Shown: positions 46,545 to 56,974 of the stretch, piece after piece | How positions within the stretch are numbered: the stretch's first letter is position 1 | Layout: each line of letters opens with the position of its first letter | IMG/VR virus record: IMGVR_UViG_3300020404_000006 | Length of the DNA stretch: 64,000 bases | Source of the DNA: a virus | Strand: one strand, 5' to 3' | Made by a program: the position numbers and the translations under genes | The notes under the pieces: generated by a model | Seen by the model: the letters and a program-made list of their open reading frames with translations, nothing else | Databases searched by the model: none | What the model was told of the DNA's origin: nothing

Positions 46545-48262
46545 TATAACGCACCTATAATATTAAACAGTGATTTAGTTGTCGTAATGTGCATGTTGTC
46601 CATATCTACTGAAAGTAATATGGGAGGTTCATTTGCCATTCTACTCATTTTGTATTCACCTTTTTGATTATTACCTTGTCCTACTGGAACTGGTATTGAT
46701 ATTGGCATTGGAGTATCTTTTACATCACTACCTCCTCTAGCTGGTTGACTTATACCATCTGTTATCTGTTCTACTGCTCCAAGAGTTTTCAGATCAGGAG
46801 AAATATCTAGTTTAGGAATTTCTGTTGAACTGTCTACACCTGTATTTAATTGACCTTTTTCTCTGTCTTTAAATAGATCTCCTCTCCCATCAAGGTCAGT
46901 CATTCCAAAAGTTAAAAAATCACCCAGACCAGCGAGACCTCTCATAAGTCCCTCTGGTTTAGGTTTCTCTGCCTCAGGTGCCTCAGGTGCCGCTGGATTC
47001 GTGACCGTAGTTTTACTGCCTGGATCTCCTTGAGGTCCAAGAGCACCTCTGTTTCCCTTGATAAACTCTATATTCTGAGGTTTTAGTACTAAACTAGGTC
47101 CTCCCTGTCCACTCAAATCACTTGTTGGTTCAGTAAGTGGTGTTACTTTAGTTTCATCTGGATCACCACCAACAACAGTTCCTAGAGGAATATTCTTTCC
47201 AGAGGAATCAACATTTTGGTCGTGTTTTTTATTAGGATCAGGTAAATCTACTTCATCAATTTTTTTAGTTGTCGTAACTGGTTGATTATTCTCTTTTAAA
47301 TATTCCTCATAGGTATCAGGAAGCGAAAGATCTTCAACTTTGGCATTATTATACTCATTCTCCGTCATTATCTTCGGTTTCTCTCCGTTTACTTGACTCT
47401 GATCATCCCCACTACCATCGCCAGAGCCATCGCCTTCTGTTGGTGGTTGATCATCTTGACTCCTTTTTCTAAGTCTTCTACCAAGTTTACCTTTGAACTG
47501 CATTTCAATGAGACTCAAAGCTTCATCAAATGTATCTAAAGATTTTTTAAATTGTTTAGTTACTTCTGCTGTAGTTCCGTCAATTACTTCGTCATCTTTC
47601 TTACGTCCAAAAACCTTCTTAGCAAGAGTAGCACCCTTTCCCAAAGGACTTGCCTTAAATAATGCACCACCTATTGCACCAGCGGCACCTAAAGCTAGTG
47701 GTGCTCCCTTAACTGCCAGTGCGGCCAACCCAACAACTGCGGCACCTTTTAGTACTCCTTTTACCAGACCTCCCTTTGACTTTTGGGGTTTGGCCTTCGC
47801 CATCTTCTCGATAAGATCAATGACGATCCCCTTCGCTTCACTTAAAAATCCTAGAGATCTTTTTAGAGAAGATTGCAGACCAGTCAACCCAGATCCAAAT
47901 TTCTCTAAAGAATTTAAACCACCATCAAATATTTTACCTAAGAACGCCTGTGGGTCAAAATCACTAACCTTTGATTGTACAGACTTTACTAAATTAGGAA
48001 CTAAGTTTTGGACTTTATTTTCTACTAATCTTCCAACTCTTTTGACACTTGTTCTAGGTGTTACCGTTTCGGGAGGTTTTAAAGCTTGAGGAACCAGAGA
48101 CATCTTGCCTCTGACTTTACTTAACTTCCCCTTTGTAGGTAGTATTGTATTCTTTGCACCATCTATTTGACTCTTGGTGTTTTTTCCAAAAATCTTATCT
48201 GCTTTTACAACTTTCTTTGCTTTTGCAGCTGTTTCAAATAGTGATGTAGTTACTTTAGCCAT
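46544..48262 (-). CDS. Baseplate hub / tail-length-associated protein (gp29-like position)
   Basis: Lys-rich helical N-terminus, hydrophobic GAAG stretch, low-complexity C-terminus; follows gp51. Confidence 0.5.
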   Translation of the reverse strand: MAKVTTSLFETAAKAKKVVKADKIFGKNTKSQIDGAKNTILPTKGKLSKVRGKMSLVPQALKPPETVTPRTSVKRVGRLVENKVQNLVPNLVKSVQSKVSDFDPQAFLGKIFDGGLNSLEKFGSGLTGLQSSLKRSLGFLSEAKGIVIDLIEKMAKAKPQKSKGGLVKGVLKGAAVVGLAALAVKGAPLALGAAGAIGGALFKASPLGKGATLAKKVFGRKKDDEVIDGTTAEVTKQFKKSLDTFDEALSLIEMQFKGKLGRRLRKRSQDDQPPTEGDGSGDGSGDDQSQVNGEKPKIMTENEYNNAKVEDLSLPDTYEEYLKENNQPVTTTKKIDEVDLPDPNKKHDQNVDSSGKNIPLGTVVGGDPDETKVTPLTEPTSDLSGQGGPSLVLKPQNIEFIKGNRGALGPQGDPGSKTTVTNPAAPEAPEAEKPKPEGLMRGLAGLGDFLTFGMTDLDGRGDLFKDREKGQLNTGVDSSTEIPKLDISPDLKTLGAVEQITDGISQPARGGSDVKDTPMPISIPVPVGQGNNQKGEYKMSRMANEPPILLSVDMDNMHITTTKSLFNIIGAL

Positions 48263-48446
48263 TCTTCATTTGAGCTTCCCTAGCTTTTGCTTTTAGGTTT
48301 TCTTCTTCAATGTGAAGTCTAAGTAATCCAACATAGATGTCTCTTTCCCAAGGCATCCAATTCTCAATATCCCACAAATTGTATTTATGGTACTGCATGA
48401 GAGCGAAATTGATTCGGAAGTATGTCTCAAGATTAATGTGAGACAT
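48255..48446 (-). CDS. gp51: Baseplate hub assembly catalyst
   Basis: YFRINFALMQYHKYNLWDIENWMPWERDIYVGLL. Confidence 0.85.
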   Translation of the reverse strand: MSHINLETYFRINFALMQYHKYNLWDIENWMPWERDIYVGLLRLHIEEENLKAKAREAQMKNG

Positions 48447-48448
48447 AC

Positions 48449-49165
48449 TTAGGCGAAAAAATCGGCTAAGCCCTCTAATACTACAGTGTTTTTCTTATTA
48501 GTGTTTGGATTAATTACAGTCACCGTATGTGACAATTTAGGCATGGTTTCAAAAAATCTTTCAAGTTTTTGAAACTGTTGTGAAGTCAACGCTTCGACCC
48601 ATTCTTTTAACTCTTTCTTAGTACAGTCTGATGCGGCAAACATCTCTGCATCATTATAAACCATCTCAATACAACTAGAGAGAACAGTAAATGATTTCTC
48701 AATAGTATCCTCACTATCAGTGAAATTAGTTTCAATGAACTGATTAAGAGAAGGATATTTCATCTTTACAGTCCAACCATCACCTATCTCAATTTCTGTT
48801 GTATGGTCTTCAGATCTTACAACTTGAATGGCAGAAATGGGAACATTTACACTCACTTCTGTTTTTCCATCATCACCACATGTAACAAGGAGATCAATAG
48901 ATTCACCTACAGACTTACCACGGATATTTAAAAATAAGTATTCAATATCAAAGGCAGGCAGATTATCAACCTTGAGTCCTTTTGTGATAACACACTCCTT
49001 AATTACTTGCTTGACTGCATTAGTAATCTCTTTTTGATTTCCACCCTCTAGAGCGAGAATAAGTATTTTTTCTTCTTTTACCAGAAACGGTCTGTACTTG
49101 ATAGTCTTTCCATTTGATGGCAATTCCAACTCATACTCAGTGGTCGTAATTTTTGGTAAAGGCAT
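48449..49165 (-). CDS. gp26: Baseplate hub subunit
   Basis: MPLPKI..YELELPS..KYRPFLVKEEKIL..DIEYLFLNIRGKSVGE..LEGLADFF; CTAAATA late box at 49186-49192. Confidence 0.9.
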   Translation of the reverse strand: MPLPKITTTEYELELPSNGKTIKYRPFLVKEEKILILALEGGNQKEITNAVKQVIKECVITKGLKVDNLPAFDIEYLFLNIRGKSVGESIDLLVTCGDDGKTEVSVNVPISAIQVVRSEDHTTEIEIGDGWTVKMKYPSLNQFIETNFTDSEDTIEKSFTVLSSCIEMVYNDAEMFAASDCTKKELKEWVEALTSQQFQKLERFFETMPKLSHTVTVINPNTNKKNTVVLEGLADFFA

Positions 49166-49206
49166 AATATGTAATTATTCGTTATTATTTAGAAGGGTTT
49201 TTGAAG

Positions 49207-50190
49207 CTATTTTGCTGTGGTTGAAGATTCCTCCTCATTGGTGATAGCTTGCTTGTCTGAAAGAGGAGTACTGTTGTCATCAGTGTCATTAGATGGAAAT
49301 GTAAGGCTTCCTCCAGTAAATCCAATAACATCAGCACTCCTCACCATAACATATCTGTCATAAGCAAAATTAACTGTAACTTGTAACACCTGAGAATTTG
49401 AATATGATAGTGCAACGTCTTGTATTGATGTAGGGAAGATATTAACAAACCTATAACTTAGTGCTTCTGGAACCAGTTCTTCCGATGAATCTGATAGGCT
49501 TAATGCGACACTTGTTGGACGAATGAGTGTTGTATCAATATTCCTCTCAAATTTAGTTATAGTCATACTTCTCTTGTATGAGTTTGGATATCTATATCTC
49601 AAGAAATTATTACTTGAAACATGTTTATTTTCTGGATATCCTGTAGCTGACGGGAAGAATCCCTGACCAACCCGACGTGATTTATCACTTGGAAGTTTGC
49701 CTTGACCATCATAAAGTGGGTTTATGTAGTTAATCCATTCTTGGAACAGTGTAAGACTTCTATAGTCTCCTGTCAAGTAATAAGTGACTGCAACATCATT
49801 AAATGTTCTCTGTGCTGCAAATTTCTCAACTATACCTTGTCTACTTCCAACCTCTGAAGTGGTTGCAAAAGTTGCTCCAGGCAATATTGCTTCAGTTGCC
49901 ATTAAGGAGAATCTTTCTTGACCCAATCCACCATCACTAGTATATACACCACATGCCTGTAACCACTTCTCTAAAGTGCTCTCTGAATTAGTAGGCGCTA
50001 GATCTAATCTTACTTTATAAAAACTTGACAGAGATGGATGTCCCAGAGCATCCAAGAAACTAGTTTCAAATGTTTCACCAACATCTAATGCAGTATCTTG
50101 TATGTCAGAAAAGGGTCTAGGATTTTGGGGACTTGCTCCCAAGTTTCCCACTTTAGTCGCAAAATAACTTTTTGAACTATCTAAGGCCAT
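49207..50190 (-). CDS. Baseplate tail-tube initiator / tail-tube-like protein (gp54-like)
   Basis: YRFVNIFPTSIQDVALSY..VTVNFAYD; gp19/gp54 fold pattern. Confidence 0.65.
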   Translation of the reverse strand: MALDSSKSYFATKVGNLGASPQNPRPFSDIQDTALDVGETFETSFLDALGHPSLSSFYKVRLDLAPTNSESTLEKWLQACGVYTSDGGLGQERFSLMATEAILPGATFATTSEVGSRQGIVEKFAAQRTFNDVAVTYYLTGDYRSLTLFQEWINYINPLYDGQGKLPSDKSRRVGQGFFPSATGYPENKHVSSNNFLRYRYPNSYKRSMTITKFERNIDTTLIRPTSVALSLSDSSEELVPEALSYRFVNIFPTSIQDVALSYSNSQVLQVTVNFAYDRYVMVRSADVIGFTGGSLTFPSNDTDDNSTPLSDKQAITNEEESSTTAK

Positions 50191-50202
50191 CTAAATAAGG
50201 TT

Positions 50203-50682
50203 ATGACTTACCATACTATGTATATGGCTTATAAGGGAAAATTTAAACCAAAACATACTAAAAAGTATAAAGGTGATCCCACTCAGATCATTTATCGCTC
50301 TCTATGGGAGAGAAAATTCATGGAATACTGTGATCTGACAGAGAACATAAGTCAATGGCAATCAGAGGAATTCTGGATACCATACAAGAATCCCTTAGAT
50401 AGAAAAATGCACAGATACTTTCCCGACTTCTTCATCAAATACACCGACTCAAATGGAAAGAAACGATCTGTTGTGATAGAAGTGAAACCCAAAAAACAAT
50501 GTAAGGCTCCTCCAAAGAATCCAAAAAGGAGAACTAAGGCATGGGCACATGATGTTCAAACATGGGTTATCAATGAAGCAAAGTGGAAAGCAGCAGAACA
50601 ATACTGTGCTGATAGAAAGTATGAATTCAAGATCATGACCGAAGACGATTTAGGTATATCTCATGATCGCAGAAGATATTAG
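50203..50682 (+). CDS. gp4: Head completion protein (TnsA-like endonuclease fold)
   Basis: YKGKFKP..YRSLWERKFM..YFPDF..IEVKP..INEAKW; CTAAATA at 50191-50197. Confidence 0.9.
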   Translation: MTYHTMYMAYKGKFKPKHTKKYKGDPTQIIYRSLWERKFMEYCDLTENISQWQSEEFWIPYKNPLDRKMHRYFPDFFIKYTDSNGKKRSVVIEVKPKKQCKAPPKNPKRRTKAWAHDVQTWVINEAKWKAAEQYCADRKYEFKIMTEDDLGISHDRRRY

Positions 50683-51157
50683 ACAACAAGCTGGTAAGAA
50701 AAATAAAAGTGGGGCATGGTATGTAAGTGCTCTCTCACAAGCATTGTCTAGTGTCCAGAATCCAGATATTAGTGCCAGTGACACTAGTGGTGTGACAGAA
50801 GGAGACCTATTTTTCTTTTCATACAGCCCATCTTTTCCTGAGAGATATGAATTCTGGGATACCCAACCCCTTGCAGTAGCACTAAAATTCTATAGAGATG
50901 GGTTTCTAGGATGTAATTTACACTATGTAAATCCATCTTATCGTGATGCAGTTGCAATGAGCTTACTAAATAGTGGAGGCGGAGCTGCGGTTCCTAAAAA
51001 TACACTGCACAAATACCTGTACTCTGGTGTGGGTAGTTTATTAAAAGTTCCTAAAAATGAGGATTGGGGAGAAATTTCTAAACTTCCTACAGAACAATTC
51101 ATAGGCAGGAACGGTATGAAGTATCCAAAACACCGAGCATTTAACTGGAAAAAATGA
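50663..51157 (+). CDS. gp2: DNA end protector-like protein
   Basis: LFFFSY..WDTQPL..FLGCNLHY..LHKYL..W..ISKLPTEQF. Confidence 0.7.
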   Translation: MIAEDIRQQAGKKNKSGAWYVSALSQALSSVQNPDISASDTSGVTEGDLFFFSYSPSFPERYEFWDTQPLAVALKFYRDGFLGCNLHYVNPSYRDAVAMSLLNSGGGAAVPKNTLHKYLYSGVGSLLKVPKNEDWGEISKLPTEQFIGRNGMKYPKHRAFNWKK

Positions 51158-52845
51158 CATCATCAGTAACATTCCAAAACGACGTTCAAGAGTACGGTAA
51201 CGAACTTAGGCTTAAGACAAATCTGGAACAAAACGTTATCAATGCCGAAGGTGGTAGAGATACTGTAAAATATAAAGCATTCATTAAAGAAGGCGAAGTA
51301 AAAATATGGCCTGTTGACGACATTGGTAAAATTATTGCTGGATCAGAACCAATATTTGAAAATGGAGAGTGGAAGCCTGGTTCTGTAACAAAAAAAAGTA
51401 ATGAAAATAAAGTAACTTTTACTGGAGTTGTTTTTGATAGCAAAGGAAATGTAGATACAACTAAATCAGTTTTACAACAACAATTAGCTGAGGAAGTAAG
51501 AAGTTATGCTAGTGTAACAAATGAAGAGGTTGCGCCATGGGCAGAAAACACAGATCTTACACCTCTACAAAAAGCAGAAAAAGATTTAGCAAGACTAAAA
51601 GAAGAAGGTTATATTAAAACAGGAAATACAGTAAGCGACTGGAGAGCGGGTCTAACATGGAATAGAGCAGTAAGACATGCTGAAAATCAAGTTGCAATAG
51701 AAGAAGCAAAAGTAGCAAACAATCAACAGCCAGGAGGAACAGATAATGATTCTAAAGGGCTTGTTGGTGTAACAGAAAGGATTAAATATGCTTTTGACAG
51801 GGACAATGAGATCATGTTCCTTAGACCTGTTGTATATCCACAAGATCTATCAATGAGTCAGGATCATATGGTCATTCAATGTTATACATATGAACCTCCA
51901 TATACTAGAGAGTTTACTAAAACAGATGAAAATTCTGAAGGTGGCGGTGGTGCTGCTTATGGTGCTCAAAGAGGATCACCACTTAGAAAAAAACTAGGTG
52001 CTCCAATCATGTTACCCATGCCTAATAACATGCAAGATTCAAACCCAAGAATTTGGGAAGAGAGTAACATGAATAATGCAGCACTAGATGCTATCAGAAA
52101 AGCTAATTCCAAAACGGTTGTTAAGACTTTTCTCCGAGGTACAGGTATCTTTCCAACTCTTGACGCAATAAACAATTTCTTCCAATTAACAACACAACAG
52201 GCTGGTAGAGCTGATATAATGGCAAACAAAATGAGTCAGTTGCTTGCAGATGGAGGATTTGATATTAGTTCAGATCAAATATTATCTAGAACTGGTGGTG
52301 TCATTGCAAACTCCAACACTGAACTTCTATTTGCTGGTGTTGGTTTAAGAAATTTTCAATTCCAATGGTTATTAACTCCAAGAGATGAAAATGAAGCACA
52401 TATATGCAGAATGATGATTCGTGCTTTTAAAGAATGGTCTGCTCCTAGAAAACTGGTAAAACTAACTGGTGATGGACAGACTGGTGGAACTGGTGCTGCT
52501 GGAGGACCTAGTTACTTCCTAGGCACACCAAACGTGTTTAGGTTGAGATATCTTACTGATGGAAACAAACCTATCATGGGTGCAAATATGTTCAAAACAT
52601 GTGCTTTGACTAGCGTAGATGTTAGTTATACTCCAGAAGGTCAATGGATGGCATATGCACATGGTCAACCCACATCATATAGTCTGACACTCCAGTTTAA
52701 CGAATTAGAACCTATATACAACACAGATTATCAACGAGACTCTGCTAACGATAGAATGTTTAGTGATAAAAATATTATGGGAGATTTGATGCCAATCTAT
52801 ATCATTAATCAGGATGATCCAAAGACTTCAATGATAGGATACTAA
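51154..52845 (+). CDS. gp48: Baseplate tail tube cap
   Basis: IMLPMP, NSNTELLFAGVGLRNFQFQW, CALTSVDVSYTP, LQFNELEPI. Confidence 0.85.
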   Translation: MTSSVTFQNDVQEYGNELRLKTNLEQNVINAEGGRDTVKYKAFIKEGEVKIWPVDDIGKIIAGSEPIFENGEWKPGSVTKKSNENKVTFTGVVFDSKGNVDTTKSVLQQQLAEEVRSYASVTNEEVAPWAENTDLTPLQKAEKDLARLKEEGYIKTGNTVSDWRAGLTWNRAVRHAENQVAIEEAKVANNQQPGGTDNDSKGLVGVTERIKYAFDRDNEIMFLRPVVYPQDLSMSQDHMVIQCYTYEPPYTREFTKTDENSEGGGGAAYGAQRGSPLRKKLGAPIMLPMPNNMQDSNPRIWEESNMNNAALDAIRKANSKTVVKTFLRGTGIFPTLDAINNFFQLTTQQAGRADIMANKMSQLLADGGFDISSDQILSRTGGVIANSNTELLFAGVGLRNFQFQWLLTPRDENEAHICRMMIRAFKEWSAPRKLVKLTGDGQTGGTGAAGGPSYFLGTPNVFRLRYLTDGNKPIMGANMFKTCALTSVDVSYTPEGQWMAYAHGQPTSYSLTLQFNELEPIYNTDYQRDSANDRMFSDKNIMGDLMPIYIINQDDPKTSMIGY

Positions 52846-52846
52846 C

Positions 52847-53608
52847 ATGAAAGGTTATTTTTCATATTTACCAAATATAGATTACGTCTCTAGATCTCCA
52901 GACAGAAGTTCTAATGATGAGTATATTCCAGTAAAAAATATTTTCAGAAGAGCAAAACTTCGTGAGGATCTTGATCAAGTAGCCACATCCTTTGAAGATT
53001 TCTTTATTCATGGCAATCTAAGACCAGATCAATTAGCATACACTCTATATGGAGATCCTAGATTTGATTGGGTTATATTAGTAGCGAACAATATAACAAA
53101 GGTTAGAGATCAGTGGCCACTAAACGATAATGATTTCAGAAAATACTGTTTAGAGAAATATGGTAGTGATGAGGGATTAGAAAAGATACATCACTATGAA
53201 ACTTTGGAAGATGTAGATTGGGCTGGAAGAATAGTTGTTCCAGAAGCATTAAGAGTAGATTCTAACTTTGATCTTAAATATTTGAAGTATAGACCAGAAG
53301 AGCAAAGAATTGTCTCATACAGTAGAGTCACTCAGTTAAATGAGTTATCAACTATAGATTCAGCTGGAACTGCAAGAGATGCCAATGGTGATGTGATTCA
53401 AAATCCCAACGTAACTCCTGTAACGAACTATCAGTTTGAAGTATCTATGAATGATGCTAAGAGAAGAATCAGAGTTATCAGACCACTTTACCTAAGCACT
53501 GTGATACAAGATTTAACCAGAATAGGCAAATATAAGAAATCATCTCAATTCAAGAGTAAAAGACTTAAGAGAGCATACAATCCCAGAATTGCTAGTAGTC
53601 TTACTTGA
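52847..53608 (+). CDS. gp53: Baseplate wedge subunit
   Basis: YFSYLPNIDY, RPDQLAYTLYGDPRFDWVILVANNI, IHHYET. Confidence 0.9.
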   Translation: MKGYFSYLPNIDYVSRSPDRSSNDEYIPVKNIFRRAKLREDLDQVATSFEDFFIHGNLRPDQLAYTLYGDPRFDWVILVANNITKVRDQWPLNDNDFRKYCLEKYGSDEGLEKIHHYETLEDVDWAGRIVVPEALRVDSNFDLKYLKYRPEEQRIVSYSRVTQLNELSTIDSAGTARDANGDVIQNPNVTPVTNYQFEVSMNDAKRRIRVIRPLYLSTVIQDLTRIGKYKKSSQFKSKRLKRAYNPRIASSLT

Positions 53609-53612
53609 TAAT

Positions 53613-53642
53613 AAAAAAAAGGGGTCTTGCGACCCCTTTCTT
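53613..53642. terminator. Bidirectional intrinsic terminator
   Basis: A8-GGGGTC-TTGC-GACCCC-TTTCTT between convergent gp53 and gp32. Confidence 0.9.
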
Positions 53643-53647
53643 ATTGT

Positions 53648-54562
53648 TTACTCTTCAGCGAGTTTTTGGAAGTAACTCAGTGCGTCGTCCTCTTCCTCTG
53701 TATCCGTATCAGCAGATGCAGCAGTGGCACTTGCACGGAGGTTAGATAGTTCCTCCTCAACTGATCCACGATCAGCATCTTCGTTGGATACTTCAACATC
53801 CTCTCTTGTAGGTGTTACAACAGCCTTCCTTGAAAGAACTGTGTCTAAACGTGCCTTGAGTTGTTCATATGTTTTGAACTGGTCTGCAGCAGTGAACTCA
53901 CTAAGATCATAGATCTTGTTATAGATCTCCTCTAGTTTGTCATCATCGTCCAAGAGTGCTTCTGATCTTGCAAACTCTGAACTATCATAGTTCCAGAATC
54001 CAGCAACCTGTTTGATCTTCAACTTGAAGTTAGCACCCTTCCAAAAATCAAATGGATTGATTGCTTCTTCATCATCGAACTCAGGTTGCATTGCAGCAGT
54101 GATCTTATCAAAGATCTTCTTACCAAACTTGTAAAGTTTTACTTGTCCTTCGTTCTCAGGATTACTAGAATCTTTTACAACATAAACATTTGCATAGTAA
54201 GAAAGCTTACGCTTTTGCTTACGAGCAATGTCTTTGTCAGATTCACGACCACTGTTCCAGAGACTGCGATTCAGTTCTCCAACAGGATCATCCTTGCCAA
54301 TAGTAGTTAAACTGTTCTCAATATACCAACCGCCTGGTCCTTGAAAAGCGTGACTCCAAACTTGAGTCCATGGCAGTTCACAATTAGCATGTGCAGGGAG
54401 GAATCGAACAACTGCGTATCCGTTACCCGCTTTATCTACAGCTGGTTTCCAAAGACGTTCATCAGTATTGTTACCTTTCTCGTTGAGTTTCTCAACTTTT
54501 TTCATCAATCTCTCTGTAAGAGAGCCTGCTTTAGATTGTTTCTTTAGTGCAGCAAATGACAT
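53648..54562 (-). CDS. gp32: Single-stranded DNA-binding protein
   Basis: GNGYAVVRFLP, HAFQGPGGWYIENS, PFDFWKGANFKLKI, YFQKLAEE. Confidence 0.95.
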   Translation of the reverse strand: MSFAALKKQSKAGSLTERLMKKVEKLNEKGNNTDERLWKPAVDKAGNGYAVVRFLPAHANCELPWTQVWSHAFQGPGGWYIENSLTTIGKDDPVGELNRSLWNSGRESDKDIARKQKRKLSYYANVYVVKDSSNPENEGQVKLYKFGKKIFDKITAAMQPEFDDEEAINPFDFWKGANFKLKIKQVAGFWNYDSSEFARSEALLDDDDKLEEIYNKIYDLSEFTAADQFKTYEQLKARLDTVLSRKAVVTPTREDVEVSNEDADRGSVEEELSNLRASATAASADTDTEEEDDALSYFQKLAEE

Positions 54563-54625
54563 TTAGTATTCTCCGTATTTTTGTATTGTAGGATTGTTTG
54601 TATTATAACAGATAATTGTGTTTTG

Positions 54626-54970
54626 TCAATCTGGAATATTTTCTTCCAGTTTGTCTAAGGTTTCAGTCAGAGTGTCAAAAAATTCTGCAATATTTTGACC
54701 TGGCTGGAGTCCCAGAAACTTGGCAGACTCTAAGATCTGCTCTCTCATCTCAATAGCATCAGGATCGTCCTTCTCTAATTGCAGTCTGAACATAAAGTTC
54801 CTCTGCTTTTCGAGTAGTGTCCTCATCTTTTGAATATGCAAAAGACCACCATCTACGGTAGGATTCCTCATACCGTTGATTGCCAGTCCTGACATGATAT
54901 CTTCTTGTAACTCCTGTATCTCTGCCATGGCAGCTCTTACTGGAGCGGATCTAAAAAATTCACCCATCAA
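54626..54970 (-). CDS. Cyanophage conserved protein (DUF1825-like)
   Basis: FFRSAPVRAAMAEIQELQE..LLEKQR..RLQL..DPDA; CATAAATA at 54990-54997. Confidence 0.7.
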   Translation of the reverse strand: MMGEFFRSAPVRAAMAEIQELQEDIMSGLAINGMRNPTVDGGLLHIQKMRTLLEKQRNFMFRLQLEKDDPDAIEMREQILESAKFLGLQPGQNIAEFFDTLTETLDKLEENIPD

Positions 54971-54992
54971 TCGAATCTGATACTAGTACTAT

Positions 54993-55277
54993 TTATGTTT
55001 TTTCTGATAACCATTTAGGTATGTAAACTAGGGATAATACTCCACCCCACCATACGGCAAGTGAGAGTATATCTACGTTTCTATGTGGTCCCAATGATAT
55101 ACCTATGATCACTAGAGACAGCCACACCCAGTCAAGTGCTGAGTGAAATTTCTTAAAACCGTCTCCAAATTTACTTATTAATTCTTCTCTACGCTTTGCA
55201 AACCAAGGCGATACATGCCTCATGATTACAAAACCTTCGTTGAGAACCATTACAGTAAATCCTATCCAGAATATCAC
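54993..55277 (-). CDS. Small membrane protein
   Basis: Three hydrophobic segments. Confidence 0.6.
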   Translation of the reverse strand: MIFWIGFTVMVLNEGFVIMRHVSPWFAKRREELISKFGDGFKKFHSALDWVWLSLVIIGISLGPHRNVDILSLAVWWGGVLSLVYIPKWLSEKT

Positions 55278-55528
55278 AGCGGTAACTTAGATTTAGAAGT
55301 ACGTTTTAAGTAATTCAATTCAGTTGCTTCCGCTTTTAATTTATCCTTGAGAGGTTTTGCGATCAATTTCCCAACTGACTCAAACTCAATATTATTTTCT
55401 TCGCAATAACTAATGATTGCTTCAATATAATTGAGCTCAGTGTCAAGTACCAGTTGTTCAACATCAGTAGTGAACTTGTTCTGGTCGAGAAATTTCGCTT
55501 TTAGTAAGTCGTTAACTTCTTTCTCCAT
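55274..55528 (-). CDS. gp33: Late promoter transcription coactivator
   Basis: NYIEAIISYCEENNIEFESVGKLIAKPLKDKLKAEA; start reassigned to MEKEV. Confidence 0.88.
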   Translation of the reverse strand: MEKEVNDLLKAKFLDQNKFTTDVEQLVLDTELNYIEAIISYCEENNIEFESVGKLIAKPLKDKLKAEATELNYLKRTSKSKLPL

Positions 55529-56201
55529 ACTCCCCGAGCTTGTGGGTGACGAATTCTTTAATATACTTGGTAAGAAGCTTAATATAGTCACGTTTGTTGG
55601 TTTTTTCATAAACTTTCACATCTCCATTATCAGCAACCATTAAGGTCACAATCTTCTCCACCGCAATACCTGTCATCTCAAAGTACATACAGGCATATGC
55701 AGTTTCTTGAACGAAATAGTTTTCTAACCACTTCTCTGGTTTAATCTTTTTAGATGTCTTGAAATCTATTACCGCTAACTCTCCGTTATATTCGGCAATG
55801 CAATCAACACGTCCAGCAATACCGAAGTACTCACTATATAGGGGTTTTTCCAAACAGTGAATATTATTGATATTGTTTAAGGAGTCCCTTGCTGCAATCC
55901 ACCTTGATTTTGTGGAAGGCAGAATGTCCTTCATAGAATTAATATCTTCATTTAAGAGATACTTTTCAACCAGATCATGAAACTTGGTTCCCCTGTCGGT
56001 GGCAACCTTTGTGATCTTATTGGCTTCTTCCTCACCAATCTTATTACGCCATTTGATAAACGTTTGGCGATTATAAAAACTGGTTATGGAAGTAATAGAT
56101 GGAGCTTTCTTTCCACTTGGAAGAGTGTAATATCTAACTCCATCTATAGTATTGGCTTCTAACTCAAAATCACCAAGTTTATTCAAATGAGTAAACGTCA
56201 T
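55512..56201 (-). CDS. PD-(D/E)XK (Cas4-like) exonuclease
   Basis: PSITSI, RGTKFH, IAGRVDCI, IDFKTS, QETAYA. Confidence 0.88.
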   Translation of the reverse strand: MTFTHLNKLGDFELEANTIDGVRYYTLPSGKKAPSITSITSFYNRQTFIKWRNKIGEEEANKITKVATDRGTKFHDLVEKYLLNEDINSMKDILPSTKSRWIAARDSLNNINNIHCLEKPLYSEYFGIAGRVDCIAEYNGELAVIDFKTSKKIKPEKWLENYFVQETAYACMYFEMTGIAVEKIVTLMVADNGDVKVYEKTNKRDYIKLLTKYIKEFVTHKLGEYGERS

Positions 56202-56974
56202 AAAGAAAGAGCGAGTTTAGTAACCAAGTAGTTTCTTACTAGACCAGAGCGAACAATATCATCTAAACCAAATTCAACCGTACCGAAATCATCTTCCATG
56301 ATCTCAATGATACGTTTAAAATCTAAGATGCCATTCTTCTCATTGGATTTTGTAAGATCCGTTTGAGTAGAGTCACCACAAAACATTATTTTACAGTTAT
56401 CTCCTACTCTTGTTATTATACTATCTAATTCATGAAAATTCAAGTTTTGCATCTCATCTACTAACACAATGCAATTATCAAGTGTTGTACCCCTGATAAA
56501 TGATGTGCTCCAGAATGAAATAGTCTCTTGTGCTTTCAAATTACCGTATAACATTTCAAAGTCATTGTCTGAGGGCATCTCAAACATATACTTTACCATA
56601 TTCTTATATGGAATCTGATAGAGTGATGACTTATCTTCATGGTCGCCTGGCAAGAAACCAATCTCTCTTGTGGAGACCAATGACCTAACAATATACACCT
56701 TATCATATGGTGTCATTTCGTCAAGTACATCTTTTAGTGCAAGATACAAACTAATGAATGTCTTACCAGTACCAGCACAACCATATGCAAAGATATTCTT
56801 ACCTTTAGCATATTCCTCAAAAAGAATCTTCTGATTATCTGTGATAGGTTCTACGTCAACCAACATAGCGTTGTTGATTGGTCTCTTCCTACGTCTTTGT
56901 TTAGCAGTCATTCCAGCTCCAACGTTACTATCACGATGTTGACTATTAGTGTTCCTTCTTTTTTTAGTTGACAT
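56198..56974 (-). CDS. phoH: PhoH-like ATPase
   Basis: GCAGTGKT, GFLPGD, FIRGTTL, VDEMQN, GDSTQTD. Confidence 0.95.
   Translation of the reverse strand: MSTKKRRNTNSQHRDSNVGAGMTAKQRRRKRPINNAMLVDVEPITDNQKILFEEYAKGKNIFAYGCAGTGKTFISLYLALKDVLDEMTPYDKVYIVRSLVSTREIGFLPGDHEDKSSLYQIPYKNMVKYMFEMPSDNDFEMLYGNLKAQETISFWSTSFIRGTTLDNCIVLVDEMQNLNFHELDSIITRVGDNCKIMFCGDSTQTDLTKSNEKNGILDFKRIIEIMEDDFGTVEFGLDDIVRSGLVRNYLVTKLALSL

Noticed and set aside
26242-49037. Many plus-strand ORFs of 60-200 aa opposite structural genes
   Set aside because: Antisense shadows of long minus-strand genes; no promoters, SD sites or recognisable motifs.
55512-56201. Cas4 as a sign of a CRISPR system
   Set aside because: It is the stand-alone exonuclease normally found next to phoH in T4-like cyanophages; no array or other cas genes.
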